Shown: positions 1 through 8,775, counted from the stretch's first letter. The stretch: DNA of 57,930 nucleotides from Bacillota bacterium (GCA_022360435.1 JAKSCU010000104.1:1-57930), one strand, 5' to 3'. A program made the numbers and translations. Notes: generated from the letters alone by a model not told the origin.

Positions 1-1
1 G

Positions 2-463
2 GGCACCGGCAAGGAACAGACCATCACCATCACCGGTTCCACCAGCCTGGACCAGGGAGAAATAGACCGCATGGTGGGAGAGGCCGAGGCCAATGCGGCC
101 GAGGACAAGAAGCGCCGGGAAGAGGTGGAGGTTCGCAACGGGGCTGACACTTTGGTTTACCAGGTGGACCGCCAGCTCAAAGACCTGGGCGACAAGGTGC
201 CGCAGCATGAGAAGGCGCGCGTCGAGCAGTTGCTGAACGATTTGCGGGCCGCATTGCAGGAAAACGCCCCGGTGGACAAAATACGCGGCCTGAAGAGCGA
301 CCTGGAGCAGGCGGCCCACTCTTTGTCCCAGGCGGCTTACGGCCAGGAAGCAGGCTGCTCCGGTGGCACTTGCGGCGGCGGGGCCGGTAACGCCGGCGCC
401 GGCAGTGCGGGCCGGGTCAAACCCGACGACGATGTGGTGGACGCCGAGTACGAGGAAAAGTAA
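2..463 (+). CDS. dnaK: Molecular chaperone DnaK, C-terminal fragment (5' end lies outside the window)
   Basis: Frame open from base 2. Translation [25 protein letters not shown]...[22 protein letters not shown] is the typical DnaK lid/C-terminal region, with a Gly/Ala-rich tail ending [12 protein letters not shown]. Confidence 0.9.
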   Translation, partial: GTGKEQTITITGSTSLDQGEIDRMVGEAEANAAEDKKRREEVEVRNGADTLVYQVDRQLKDLGDKVPQHEKARVEQLLNDLRAALQENAPVDKIRGLKSDLEQAAHSLSQAAYGQEAGCSGGTCGGGAGNAGAGSAGRVKPDDDVVDAEYEEK

Positions 464-570
464 AAAAGCACGCTCATTCGGTTCCCTCTGCGCGTAATTT
501 TTGATACTCTTATCTTTAAATCCGGCCATTAATATGGCCGTAGTATAACTTTCCCAAGAATATAAGAGAG
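463..570 (-). repeat. Structured intergenic repeat, copy A (inverted orientation), between dnaK and grpE
   Basis: The reverse complement aligns along its whole length with the 5146-5250 archetype: outer arms, inner hairpin CGGCCATATTAATGGCCG, terminal stem ACGC/GCGT around loop GCAGAGGGAACCGAATGA, and a T-run. Confidence 0.8.
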
Positions 571-619
571 CGGCAGGGGAAGGAATTACTGATAAACCCC
601 GGAAAGGGGCGGAAGTATA

Positions 620-1090
620 ATGAAACAAGGCACACGGGCGCGCGGGACGCAGGATGACGGCAGCATCCTGCGCCGAGCGCTGGAAGAGGAAAAAAACCGG
701 CACCTGCGCACACTGGCGGATTTCGACAATTACCGCAAGCGGGTGGAACGGGAGGCGCAAAGCAACGCCGTCCAGGGCAAGAAGGAGCTGGTGGTTGAAC
801 TGTTGCCGGTGCTGGATAACCTGGAGCGGGCCGTGGGCCAGACGCCCGACGAAAAAATGAACCGGGGGCTGGACATGGTTTACCGCCAATTTATGGATGC
901 TTTGCAGAAACACGGGCTGGAGCCGGTGGAGTGCCTGGGGCTGCCTTTTAACCCCGAAGAGCACGAAGGGGTCGGCTACGTGGCCGGCACCGGGCACCCG
1001 GCGGGCCACGTGGCCCAAGAACTTTGCCGCGGGTACCGGTTCGGGCGGGAGTTGCTGCGCCCGGCGGCGGTGCGGGTAGCCGGAGGATAG
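620..1090 (+). CDS. grpE: Nucleotide exchange factor GrpE (short form, 156 aa)
   Basis: LRTLADFDNYRKRVEREA...LLPVLDNLERA...GYRFGRELLRPAAVRV are GrpE signature blocks. The gene lies between dnaK and a J-protein gene. Confidence 0.85.
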   Translation: MKQGTRARGTQDDGSILRRALEEEKNRHLRTLADFDNYRKRVEREAQSNAVQGKKELVVELLPVLDNLERAVGQTPDEKMNRGLDMVYRQFMDALQKHGLEPVECLGLPFNPEEHEGVGYVAGTGHPAGHVAQELCRGYRFGRELLRPAAVRVAGG

Positions 1091-2098
1091 GTGATTACTA
1101 TGGGAGTAACATTTCAGGACTATTACAAAACGCTGGGCGTTGAACGCAGCGCTACTGAAAAAGAAATAAAAGCCGCTTACCGCAAGTTGGCCCGCAAATG
1201 GCACCCGGACCTGCATTCCGCCAAGGATAAGCAGGAAGCCGAGGAAAAGTTCAAGCAGGTTAACGAGGCCTATGAGGTTTTAAATGACCCGGAAAAGCGG
1301 GCCAAGTACGACCGACTGGGCGCCAACTGGCGGGACGGCCAGGACTTCCAGCCGCCGCCGGATATGGGTGATGTAAGGTTTTACACCAACATGGGCGCCG
1401 GCGGCGCCGGCGGGTTCAGCGATTTCTTTGAGATGTTTTTCGGCGGCCGGGGGGCGCCGTTCGGGCGGACCGGCCGGACCACCCGCCCCGGCGGGCCGGT
1501 GCGGGGGCAAGACGTTGAGTCGGAACTGGAACTCACATTGGAGGAAGCCTATCGCGGCGGCGAAAAAACCATACAGCTTTCCAGCCGGGAAGTCTGCCCG
1601 GCCTGCGGCGGCGCCGGCATCGGGGGAGACACATTTTGCAGCCGCTGCGGCGGCACCGGAGCCAATGCCGCCGTAAAGACATTGACGGTAAAAATACCCC
1701 CCGGCGTGCGGGACGGCGGCCGCATCAGGCTGAAGGGCCAGGGAGGCGAAGGTTACGCCGGCGGCCCCGGGGGCGATTTGTACCTGAAAGTGCGCCTGCT
1801 GCCGCACCCGCAGTTCAAGGTGCAGGGCGATGACTTGGAAACCGAAGTGGTTTTGCGGCCCGAACAGGCGGTGCTTGGTGACCGGGTGTCGGTACCCACC
1901 CTGGACGGCACGGTAAAAATGAAGGTGCCGGCAGGCATTCGGACCGGCAAGCGCCTGCGCTTGCGGGGTAAAGGGATGCCGCTTCGGGACGGTCGTGGCG
2001 ACGAGTATGTGCGCGTGGCCATCGATATCCCCGAGCGGCTGAGCCCGGAAGAAGAAGACTTGTATCGCCAACTGGCTGCGCTGAGGAAAGGGGTGTAA
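1091..2098 (+). CDS. J-domain co-chaperone, DnaJ/CbpA-like, with only two CxxCxG zinc-finger motifs
   Basis: J domain with HPD (YRKLARKWHPDLH), G/F-rich linker, CPACGGAG...CSRCGGTG, and DnaJ C-terminal beta domains. GTG at 1091 or ATG at 1100 are possible starts. Confidence 0.85.
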   Translation: MITMGVTFQDYYKTLGVERSATEKEIKAAYRKLARKWHPDLHSAKDKQEAEEKFKQVNEAYEVLNDPEKRAKYDRLGANWRDGQDFQPPPDMGDVRFYTNMGAGGAGGFSDFFEMFFGGRGAPFGRTGRTTRPGGPVRGQDVESELELTLEEAYRGGEKTIQLSSREVCPACGGAGIGGDTFCSRCGGTGANAAVKTLTVKIPPGVRDGGRIRLKGQGGEGYAGGPGGDLYLKVRLLPHPQFKVQGDDLETEVVLRPEQAVLGDRVSVPTLDGTVKMKVPAGIRTGKRLRLRGKGMPLRDGRGDEYVRVAIDIPERLSPEEEDLYRQLAALRKGV

Positions 2099-2102
2099 GC
2101 AT

Positions 2103-2393
2103 ATGGCCAAGTTTTACCTGCAACTGTACTGCCATACCCCGTCCGCGGATGAGGACGCCTGGGTGGATGTCAACGCCCTGGGCATACACCCCGATCTGGC
2201 CCGGCGGCTGGCCGAATTGGGCGTTGTTGATTACAGGCGGGGCTTTATACCTGTGCGCCAGGCGGCGCGTCTGCGCCGGGTGATGCGCCTGCGTCAAAGC
2301 CTGGGGGTCAATCTGCCGGGGGCGGCTATCATAGTGGACCTGCTGGAGCGGGTGGAAGAATTGCAGGATGAATTGGAACGGCTAAAAGGATAG
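2103..2393 (+). CDS. CbpM/HspR-like MerR-type chaperone modulator (96 aa)
   Basis: The C-terminal block RLRRVMRLRQSLGVNLPGAAIIVDLLERVEELQDEL resembles CbpM / HspR (MerR_2) proteins. It sits immediately downstream of the J-protein gene. Confidence 0.6.
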   Translation: MAKFYLQLYCHTPSADEDAWVDVNALGIHPDLARRLAELGVVDYRRGFIPVRQAARLRRVMRLRQSLGVNLPGAAIIVDLLERVEELQDELERLKG

Positions 2394-2483
2394 GGGACGC
2401 TCCCTCTGCTTGAGGGTAAGGCTTTGGGTTGAGGAATGCCCCCGACTTAGGAGGTGAACACCCGGGCAGGCCCGGGTTTGACT

Positions 2484-5093
2484 ATGGATATGAACCGTTA
2501 CACACAAAAATCGAGGGAAGCTCTTTCCACTGCCCAACAGCTGGCGGCCCAGAGGCGCCACCAGGAAGTGACGGGCAAGCACCTGCTGGCGGCGCTTTTG
2601 GCCCAGGAGGGTGGCATGGCCCCCCGTATTCTGGAGCACGCCGGGGTCAACCCCGTCCAGCTGACCGCGGCGGTGGAGGAACTGCTGCAAAAGATACCGG
2701 CGGTCACCGGATACGAAGGTTCCCTGCGCCTGGGCGCCGGGCTGGCCCGGGTGCTGGGCCGCGCCGAAAAAGAAGCCAAGGGGATGAAGGACGATTACGT
2801 CAGCGTGGAACACCTGCTGCTGGCCCTGCTGGAAGACGGCGAGCCCGAGGCGGTGACGGCGCTGCGGCGCTCGGGCTTGTCCCGGGACGCCCTGCTGAAT
2901 TCGTTGCGGGCGGTGCGGGGCAACCAGCGGGTCACCGGTGAGAATCCCGAGGATACCTACGAGGCGTTGGAGCGCTACGGTCGCGACCTGACCAAACAGG
3001 CGACCGAGGGCAAGCTGGACCCGGTCATCGGCCGGGACAACGAAATCCGCCGGGTGATGGAAATACTGTCCCGGCGCACCAAAAACAACCCGGTGCTCAT
3101 AGGCGAGCCCGGCGTGGGCAAGACCGCCATCGTGGAGGGCCTGGCCCGGCGCATTGTGGCCGGTGATGTCCCCGAAGGCCTGAAAGACAAGCGCCTGATG
3201 GAGCTGGATATGGGAGCCCTGGTGGCCGGGGCCAAGTACCGGGGCGAGTTTGAAGAACGGCTGAAAGCCGTGCTGAAAGAAGTGCAGCAATCCGACGGCA
3301 AAATTATCATGTTCATCGATGAGCTGCACACTGTGGTGGGCGCCGGGGCGGCCGAGGGCGCCGTGGACGCCGGCAACCTGTTAAAGCCCATGCTGGCCCG
3401 GGGCGAATTGCGCACCATAGGCGCCACCACTTTGGACGAATACCGCAAGCACGTGGAAAAGGACGCCGCGTTGGAGCGGCGCTTCCAGCCCGTGCTGATT
3501 AGCCAGCCAGCGGTGGAAGACACCATCTCTATCCTCAGGGGTTTGAAAGAGCGCTACGAGGTGCACCACGGGGTGCGCATCCAGGACAGCGCCCTGGTGG
3601 CGGCGGCCATGCTTTCCGATCGTTATATTTCCGATCGGTTTCTGCCCGACAAGGCCATCGACCTAATGGACGAATCGGCGGCCCGCCTGCGTACCGAAAT
3701 CGACAGCATGCCGGCGGAGCTGGACGAAATTACCCGCAAGATTATGCAGCTGGAGATCGAGGAAGCAGCCCTGGGCAAGGAGAAAGACCAGGCTTCCCGG
3801 GACCGGCTGGAAAAAATCAAGCAACAACTGGCCGAGTTGCGCGGCGACTCAGACGCCATGAAAACCCAGTGGCAGGTTGAGAAGCAGGCCATATCCCGGG
3901 TACGCCAGTTGAAGAAGGAAATTGAGGAGACCCGCCAGGAAATAGAGAAAGCCGAGCGGGACTACAACCTGGACCGCCTGGCCGAGCTGAAGTACGGCAA
4001 GCTGAACGAACTGGAACGCCGCCTCAAGGCCGAGGAGGAAACTCTGGCGGGCAAACAACAGCACGGTATGCTGCTGAAAGAGGAAGTGGACGAGGAAGAT
4101 ATCGCTCGGGTGGTCAGCCGCTGGACCGGCATCCCGGTTAGCAAGCTGATGGAAGGCGAAAAGGAAAAGCTGATCCGCATGGATGAGGAACTGCACAAAC
4201 GGGTGGTAGGCCAGGATGAGGCGGTACGGGCGGTGGCCGACGCCGTGCTGCGCGCCCGGGCCGGGATTAAGGATCCCAACCGGCCCATCGGCAGTTTCAT
4301 CTTCCTGGGTCCCACTGGCGTGGGTAAAACCGAGCTGGCCCGGGCTCTGGCCCAGGCGTTGTTTGACGACGAGCGCAACATGACCCGGCTGGATATGTCC
4401 GAGTACATGGAAAAACACGCCGTCTCCCGGTTGGTGGGCGCACCTCCGGGTTATGTGGGATACGACGAGGGCGGCCAGTTGACCGAGGCGGTGCGGCGCA
4501 AACCTTACTCGGTAATCCTGTTGGATGAAATTGAAAAAGCCCACCCCGACGTGTTTAACATACTGCTGCAGCTGTTGGACGACGGGCGGCTTACCGACGG
4601 GCAAGGCCGCACCGTGAACTTCCGGAACACCGTGGTGATTATGACTTCCAACTTGGGCAGCCACGAAATCCTGGCCCGGCAGGAGCAAGGAGACAGCTTC
4701 GAGCAAATCAAATCCGGCGTGCTGGGCATCCTGCGCCAGCATTTCCGGCCCGAGTTTCTGAACCGGGTGGATGAAATAGTGGTGTTCCACGCGCTAAGCA
4801 AGGCCCAGGTGCGGGAAATTGCCGGCCTGCTGTTGGAGCGGCTGGACCGGCGGGTGGAAGCCGGCACCGGCATCAAGTTGGCATGGGACGATGCCGCTCT
4901 TAATTACCTGGCCAACCGGGGCTATGAGCCGTCCTACGGCGCGCGACCGCTGAAGCGTCTGATCCAGCAGGAGGCGGAAACCGCCATCAGCCGGATGATT
5001 GTCAGGGGCGATGTGCGGTCAGGAGAAGTCCTTGTTTTACGGGGTGTCGACGGCGCTCTGCTGATTGAAAAAAATAAACGCGGGGACGATTAA
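2484..5093 (+). CDS. clpB: ATP-dependent disaggregase ClpB
   Basis: Two AAA+ modules (GEPGVGKT and GPTGVGKT Walker A), a coiled-coil middle domain, and N-terminus [14 protein letters not shown]. The ORF is open back to GTG 2454, but that codon abuts the SD AGGAGG (2448-2453), so ATG 2484 is preferred. Confidence 0.93.
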   Translation: MDMNRYTQKSREALSTAQQLAAQRRHQEVTGKHLLAALLAQEGGMAPRILEHAGVNPVQLTAAVEELLQKIPAVTGYEGSLRLGAGLARVLGRAEKEAKGMKDDYVSVEHLLLALLEDGEPEAVTALRRSGLSRDALLNSLRAVRGNQRVTGENPEDTYEALERYGRDLTKQATEGKLDPVIGRDNEIRRVMEILSRRTKNNPVLIGEPGVGKTAIVEGLARRIVAGDVPEGLKDKRLMELDMGALVAGAKYRGEFEERLKAVLKEVQQSDGKIIMFIDELHTVVGAGAAEGAVDAGNLLKPMLARGELRTIGATTLDEYRKHVEKDAALERRFQPVLISQPAVEDTISILRGLKERYEVHHGVRIQDSALVAAAMLSDRYISDRFLPDKAIDLMDESAARLRTEIDSMPAELDEITRKIMQLEIEEAALGKEKDQASRDRLEKIKQQLAELRGDSDAMKTQWQVEKQAISRVRQLKKEIEETRQEIEKAERDYNLDRLAELKYGKLNELERRLKAEEETLAGKQQHGMLLKEEVDEEDIARVVSRWTGIPVSKLMEGEKEKLIRMDEELHKRVVGQDEAVRAVADAVLRARAGIKDPNRPIGSFIFLGPTGVGKTELARALAQALFDDERNMTRLDMSEYMEKHAVSRLVGAPPGYVGYDEGGQLTEAVRRKPYSVILLDEIEKAHPDVFNILLQLLDDGRLTDGQGRTVNFRNTVVIMTSNLGSHEILARQEQGDSFEQIKSGVLGILRQHFRPEFLNRVDEIVVFHALSKAQVREIAGLLLERLDRRVEAGTGIKLAWDDAALNYLANRGYEPSYGARPLKRLIQQEAETAISRMIVRGDVRSGEVLVLRGVDGALLIEKNKRGDD

Positions 5094-5120
5094 AGCTATT
5101 ACACACAAAAAACACTTGGA

Positions 5121-5151
5121 GAACAGGTGCTCGTCGGCCCTGTTCTTTTTT
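5121..5151 (+). terminator. Rho-independent terminator of clpB
   Basis: GAACAGG (5121-5127) / CCTGTTC (5139-5145) stem followed by TTTTTT. Confidence 0.7.
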
Positions 5152-5250
5152 ATACTCTTAGGTAATTATACCCGGCCATATTAATGGCCGGATTCAAGGA
5201 TAAGAGTATTAAAAGCGCACGCAGAGGGAACTGAATGAGTGCGCTTTTTT
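5146..5250 (+). repeat. Structured intergenic repeat, copy B (archetype)
   Basis: T-run, ATACTCTTA, inner hairpin CCGGCCAT-ATTA-ATGGCCGG, TAAGAGTAT (complement of the first arm), AAAA, stem GCGCAC/GTGCGC around loop GCAGAGGGAACTGAATGA, T7. Confidence 0.85.
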
Positions 5251-5348
5251 TATACTCTTAGGTAATTATACCCGGCCATATTAATGGCTGGATTCAAGGA
5301 TAAGAGTATTAAAAAGCGCACGCAAAAGGAACTGAATGAGTGCGCTTT
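5245..5348 (+). repeat. Structured intergenic repeat, copy C (head-to-tail with copy B)
   Basis: Near-identical to copy B. The inner hairpin has one change (ATGGCTGG) and the loop is GCAAAAGGAACTGAATGA. It shares the T-run with the end of copy B. Confidence 0.85.
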
Positions 5349-5486
5349 AATTAAAAGTAATCGGTAAACCTGATAAATAAATATTGTTTTGCACAATGTT
5401 TCGACAATATTCCTGAAGGGAACCGTTCCGGGGTTGTCGAAAGTAACCACGCTTACATTGCATTTATCGCCCGCGGAGGTGAAATT

Positions 5487-7358
5487 ATGCGTAGCGCCGG
5501 GCAAAAACAGGAACGGCTGCTGGAAGAGTTGGAACGGCTGCTGGAAGAATTGGAACGGCTGCGCCGGCAAAACGCTGAATTAATGCTGTACAAACATGCC
5601 TTGGACCAGCTTCCCGTGTGCACCACCCTTTACGATCATACCGGCAAAGTAAAGTATAGAAACCGGGCCGCCAAGGATGTCGACGGCTATGACAACTGGG
5701 AGTTGGTGGGGCTTACCAGGGAAGAGTACCTGCGGCGGCTTATAGCGACCAACCGTGGCCGGTCAAAGGTCATGATTTCACCACCGGCGGCCGATAGTTT
5801 ATACAACGGAATATACGAACTGGATGAAGCCACCCTGATTGCCAGGGGCGGCGTTAACAAACAGGTGCTGCTGGCGGGCAGCTTTGTTTATAATAATGAA
5901 GACTACCTTCTGGGTACCTGCGACTGTACATTTGATGTTTCGCCTTACGCCCGGCAAAACAGCGCCCATGTTTTGCAGCGCCTGATGGATATAATTTTCA
6001 TTCCAGTGTTTCACAAGGATGCTCGGGGATTCTACAAAAGCTGCAACGCGGCTTTCGAGAAACTAACCGGCTTGTCCAGATCCAAAATCATAGGTAAATC
6101 TGTATTTGATCTTTATCCCCGGGATTTGGCCGAAAAATATCATGAAATGGACACCAAGCTTTTTAAAAATCCGGGCATACAAGTTTATGAAACCAATGTT
6201 CCCAGCGCCAACGGAACTAGACATGACGCTATCCTGACCAAATCCACATACCTGAACGCCGAGGGTGAGGTAGCCGGCCTGGTGGGGGTGATAACCGACA
6301 GATCCGAACATAAACGTGTGGAAAAAGAACTGAGTTTTTCCAAGGAAAAATTTATGAAAATATTTGACGCCAGCCCCGGCTCCATGGCGATAATGACCAG
6401 GGACGGCAGAATTACTGAAGCCAACAGGAGCTTTATAATTTCTTCTTGTTACAGCACGGACGAAGTGATTGGTAAAAACGTCAAGGAACTCAATGTGTTT
6501 GCAAACCCCGAAGAACACTATGCAATTATAAGCATCTTAAATAGTGACGGCATTGTAACAAATCGTGAAGTTGGTTTTCGCAACAAGTTTGGAGAACCCG
6601 GAGTGGGGTTGCTATCCGCTGAAATGATTGAGCTGGACGGGGAAGAGTGTATACTGGCGGTGGTAATCGATATAACAGAGCGCAAACGTTTAGAACGGGA
6701 AATGGCCCGTCTGGACCGGATGAACCTGGTGGGACAGATGGCTGCCGGCATCGGCCACGAGATCAGAAATCCTTTAACAGCTGTGCGGGGATTTTTGCAG
6801 CTTCTGACAGGTAAAGAGGAGTGCAGTCTTTACGAGGAATACCTTAACATAGCCATCAGCGAACTGGACCGGGCCAATGCCATTATAACCGAATTCTTGT
6901 CTCTGGCCAGGGACAGGCCGTTGCACTTGCAAAAAAGGAACATAAACGATATTATTAAGGTTCTTTTTCCGCTGATGCACGCCGACGCCACCATTTCCGG
7001 CAAACATATTGAAATGTTGCTGGGGGAGATACCCAAAATGCCCATTGACGAAAAGGAGATTCGCCAGTTGATTCTCAACCTGGTGCGCAACGGTATGGAA
7101 GCGATGCCGAAAGGCGGCCGTATGCAGGTAAAGACGTACCAAGACGGCAATGCGGTAGTTCTCGCGGTGAAGGACGAGGGCTTCGGCATTAAATCGGCCA
7201 TACTGGAAAGGCTGGGCACCCCGTTTTTAACCACCAAGGATGAAGGCACAGGTTTGGGTTTGGCGGTATGTTACAGTATTGCCGGCAGACACAATGCCAC
7301 CATTGATATAAAAACATCCCCCTCGGGAACCACCTTTTATGTTCGGTTTGGCAAGTAA
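5487..7358 (+). CDS. Cytoplasmic PAS-domain sensor histidine kinase (sporulation-kinase-like)
   Basis: SD GGAGGTG lies 5 nt upstream. Features: N-terminal coiled coil, PAS repeats, H-box HEIRNPLTAVRGFLQLL, N box LVRNGMEAM, G boxes DEGFGI / GTGLGLAV. No TM segments. Confidence 0.9.
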   Translation: MRSAGQKQERLLEELERLLEELERLRRQNAELMLYKHALDQLPVCTTLYDHTGKVKYRNRAAKDVDGYDNWELVGLTREEYLRRLIATNRGRSKVMISPPAADSLYNGIYELDEATLIARGGVNKQVLLAGSFVYNNEDYLLGTCDCTFDVSPYARQNSAHVLQRLMDIIFIPVFHKDARGFYKSCNAAFEKLTGLSRSKIIGKSVFDLYPRDLAEKYHEMDTKLFKNPGIQVYETNVPSANGTRHDAILTKSTYLNAEGEVAGLVGVITDRSEHKRVEKELSFSKEKFMKIFDASPGSMAIMTRDGRITEANRSFIISSCYSTDEVIGKNVKELNVFANPEEHYAIISILNSDGIVTNREVGFRNKFGEPGVGLLSAEMIELDGEECILAVVIDITERKRLEREMARLDRMNLVGQMAAGIGHEIRNPLTAVRGFLQLLTGKEECSLYEEYLNIAISELDRANAIITEFLSLARDRPLHLQKRNINDIIKVLFPLMHADATISGKHIEMLLGEIPKMPIDEKEIRQLILNLVRNGMEAMPKGGRMQVKTYQDGNAVVLAVKDEGFGIKSAILERLGTPFLTTKDEGTGLGLAVCYSIAGRHNATIDIKTSPSGTTFYVRFGK

Positions 7359-7456
7359 ACCAGCCACTTTGTTGGAAAGGGATTATGTTATCTTGGTGTG
7401 GAAAAAATTTGATCGGTTCGCTTGGCGACTACAAGTCGTTTTTGCATGTAAAATAA

Positions 7457-7481
7457 AATCCCCGGCTTATTTCCGGGGATT
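7457..7481 (-). terminator. Hairpin terminator downstream of the small Cys-rich ORF (minus strand)
   Basis: 9-bp stem AATCCCCGG/CCGGGGATT with a 7-nt loop. On the minus strand it is followed by TTATTTTA. Confidence 0.5.
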
Positions 7482-7521
7482 AGATATTCAACCTCGTTAT
7501 GTTTGCAACCTTGCACAAACC

Positions 7522-7695
7522 CTATTCGCAGCAACTGCCGTTGGTGGTTTTGCCCCACTCGTCGGTCATTTGCTTTTTGCTGACGAACTCGTCGCAGGGG
7601 CGGCTTTTTGTTTCCACGGGCTTGTTAGTTTTTTCACACACCGCGGCCTCAATTGACTTCCACTGTTTGAAGTGTAGACAATCCTTACAAAGCAA
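7522..7695 (-). CDS. Unannotated small Cys-rich protein (57 aa; TTG start)
   Basis: Hand translation: (M)LCKDCLHFKQWKSIEAAVCEKTNKPVETKSRPCDEFVSKKQMTDEWGKTTNGSCCE. SD-like GGAGTAGGTG lies 7 nt upstream of the TTG, and the hairpin at 7457-7481 follows. It is below the 60-aa cut-off of the ORF track. Confidence 0.4.
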   Translation of the reverse strand: MLCKDCLHFKQWKSIEAAVCEKTNKPVETKSRPCDEFVSKKQMTDEWGKTTNGSCCE

Positions 7696-7869
7696 TGTTC
7701 AACACCTACTCCCGTTTAAAGTGTGTGCGCTTTGGTTATTTAATCCTTATTTATTATAAACAATAACCGCCAGTGATGCCAGTAAAAGTTTTGTATGCGC
7801 GGTAAGGTGGGTTTAATGCAACACTTGCGGTTCCGAACAAGTCAATATTATATTGTCACCGGGCTGTTG

Positions 7870-8775
7870 TTACGTCCAAAAGCTGTGAAAAAAAGACAAG
7901 TAGAACAGGGAATCGTCTCCTGTATAGGCAAAAGGCTTGTTGTATTCAATTTTCTTTACTTCGAACTTATACCAGTTGAAATCGCCGGTTTTTAATTTCC
8001 ATATCACGTCTCCCCGGGTGGGAACCCTTATTCCGTCAAATTCCCCGTATTCCTTCACCGGGATCGACCATGTTTCCAATGCGAACTTTCCATCGAATTC
8101 CCCATATCTTGGGGCAATAAAATTAATCACCTGGCCTTTTTCGTTAAAATGAAATACTCCTGACGCGGTGATCCCTGCATAGCTCATGGTCGCCCTGGCC
8201 GAGCGGCCGTCTATTTCTTCCCATGTAATGTGGTTGCTTAATGCCGCAGTAGGAATCCACATGGTCTCGGCAAGGTATCGTACCAAAGAGCCCTGGTCTG
8301 TCTCTTCTCCCTTGGAGTTTGCAACCGTTGCCAATGAAAGAAATTTGATCAGCACGTTTCCTTTGCCCGCATGATATTTGTCCCTGGCTCCAATATGCAT
8401 TAGCGGGGCGGCTTTAACCTTTGCTATCCAAATATATCCCGGCTTGTCCACAGTAAAATACTGCTCGGCTTCAAGGGGCATCCACCGGCCTTCTTTTTTC
8501 AGCCTCATTACCGCAGTTTGTTTTAAACGAGCGGTGGTAATTCTTTCTTTTCCGATCACCTGGGAGTAGACAAGCCATTTTTGAACGCTGGGCGGCAGCT
8601 CGGCCAAGTCGGATTCTTGTATAATTTCACCTTTATCTTCGATACCTGTAAAAAAATCACCGACTTCTTTTTTGGCCTTTTGGTTAAACGTAATATTTGC
8701 TATGTGCGATATTGTTAAAAATGCCGCAATAATGGCTGCCAGAACACCAATAACCATAAGTGGAATTTTGGGCAT
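7870..8775 (-). CDS. Membrane-anchored protein of unknown function (301 aa)
   Basis: SD AAAGGAG upstream of the ATG. N-terminal TM helix (IPLMVIGVLAAIIAAFLTI) followed by a soluble beta-rich domain. Codon usage is coherent although the region is AT-rich. Confidence 0.6.
   Translation of the reverse strand: MPKIPLMVIGVLAAIIAAFLTISHIANITFNQKAKKEVGDFFTGIEDKGEIIQESDLAELPPSVQKWLVYSQVIGKERITTARLKQTAVMRLKKEGRWMPLEAEQYFTVDKPGYIWIAKVKAAPLMHIGARDKYHAGKGNVLIKFLSLATVANSKGEETDQGSLVRYLAETMWIPTAALSNHITWEEIDGRSARATMSYAGITASGVFHFNEKGQVINFIAPRYGEFDGKFALETWSIPVKEYGEFDGIRVPTRGDVIWKLKTGDFNWYKFEVKKIEYNKPFAYTGDDSLFYLSFFHSFWT

Noticed and set aside
2394-2450. HAIR (HspR-associated inverted repeat, CTTGAGT-N7-ACTCAAG) upstream of clpB
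   Set aside because: CTTGAGG is present, but the second copy (TTGAGG) is a direct repeat, not an inverted one. There is no ACTCAAG half-site, so this is not a HAIR element.
1280-3329. Long antisense ORFs opposite the dnaJ-like and clpB genes (1280-2110, 1815-2297, 2382-3329 and others)
   Set aside because: These are typical shadow ORFs of GC-rich coding DNA. Their products are Arg/Pro/Gly/Ala-rich low-complexity sequences without motifs, and the sense strand encodes unmistakable chaperones.
5146-5348. Could the tandem repeat after clpB be a CRISPR array?
   Set aside because: There are only two directly abutting ~100-nt units with no unique spacers between them, and the same unit occurs singly at many dispersed loci. 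The unit length and internal structure do not fit CRISPR repeats, and there are no cas genes.
7339-7759. Plus-strand ORFs 7339-7656 and 7499-7759 downstream of the histidine kinase
   Set aside because: They have no SD and overlap each other. The minus strand carries a better-supported small ORF with an SD and a terminator, and their products look random.
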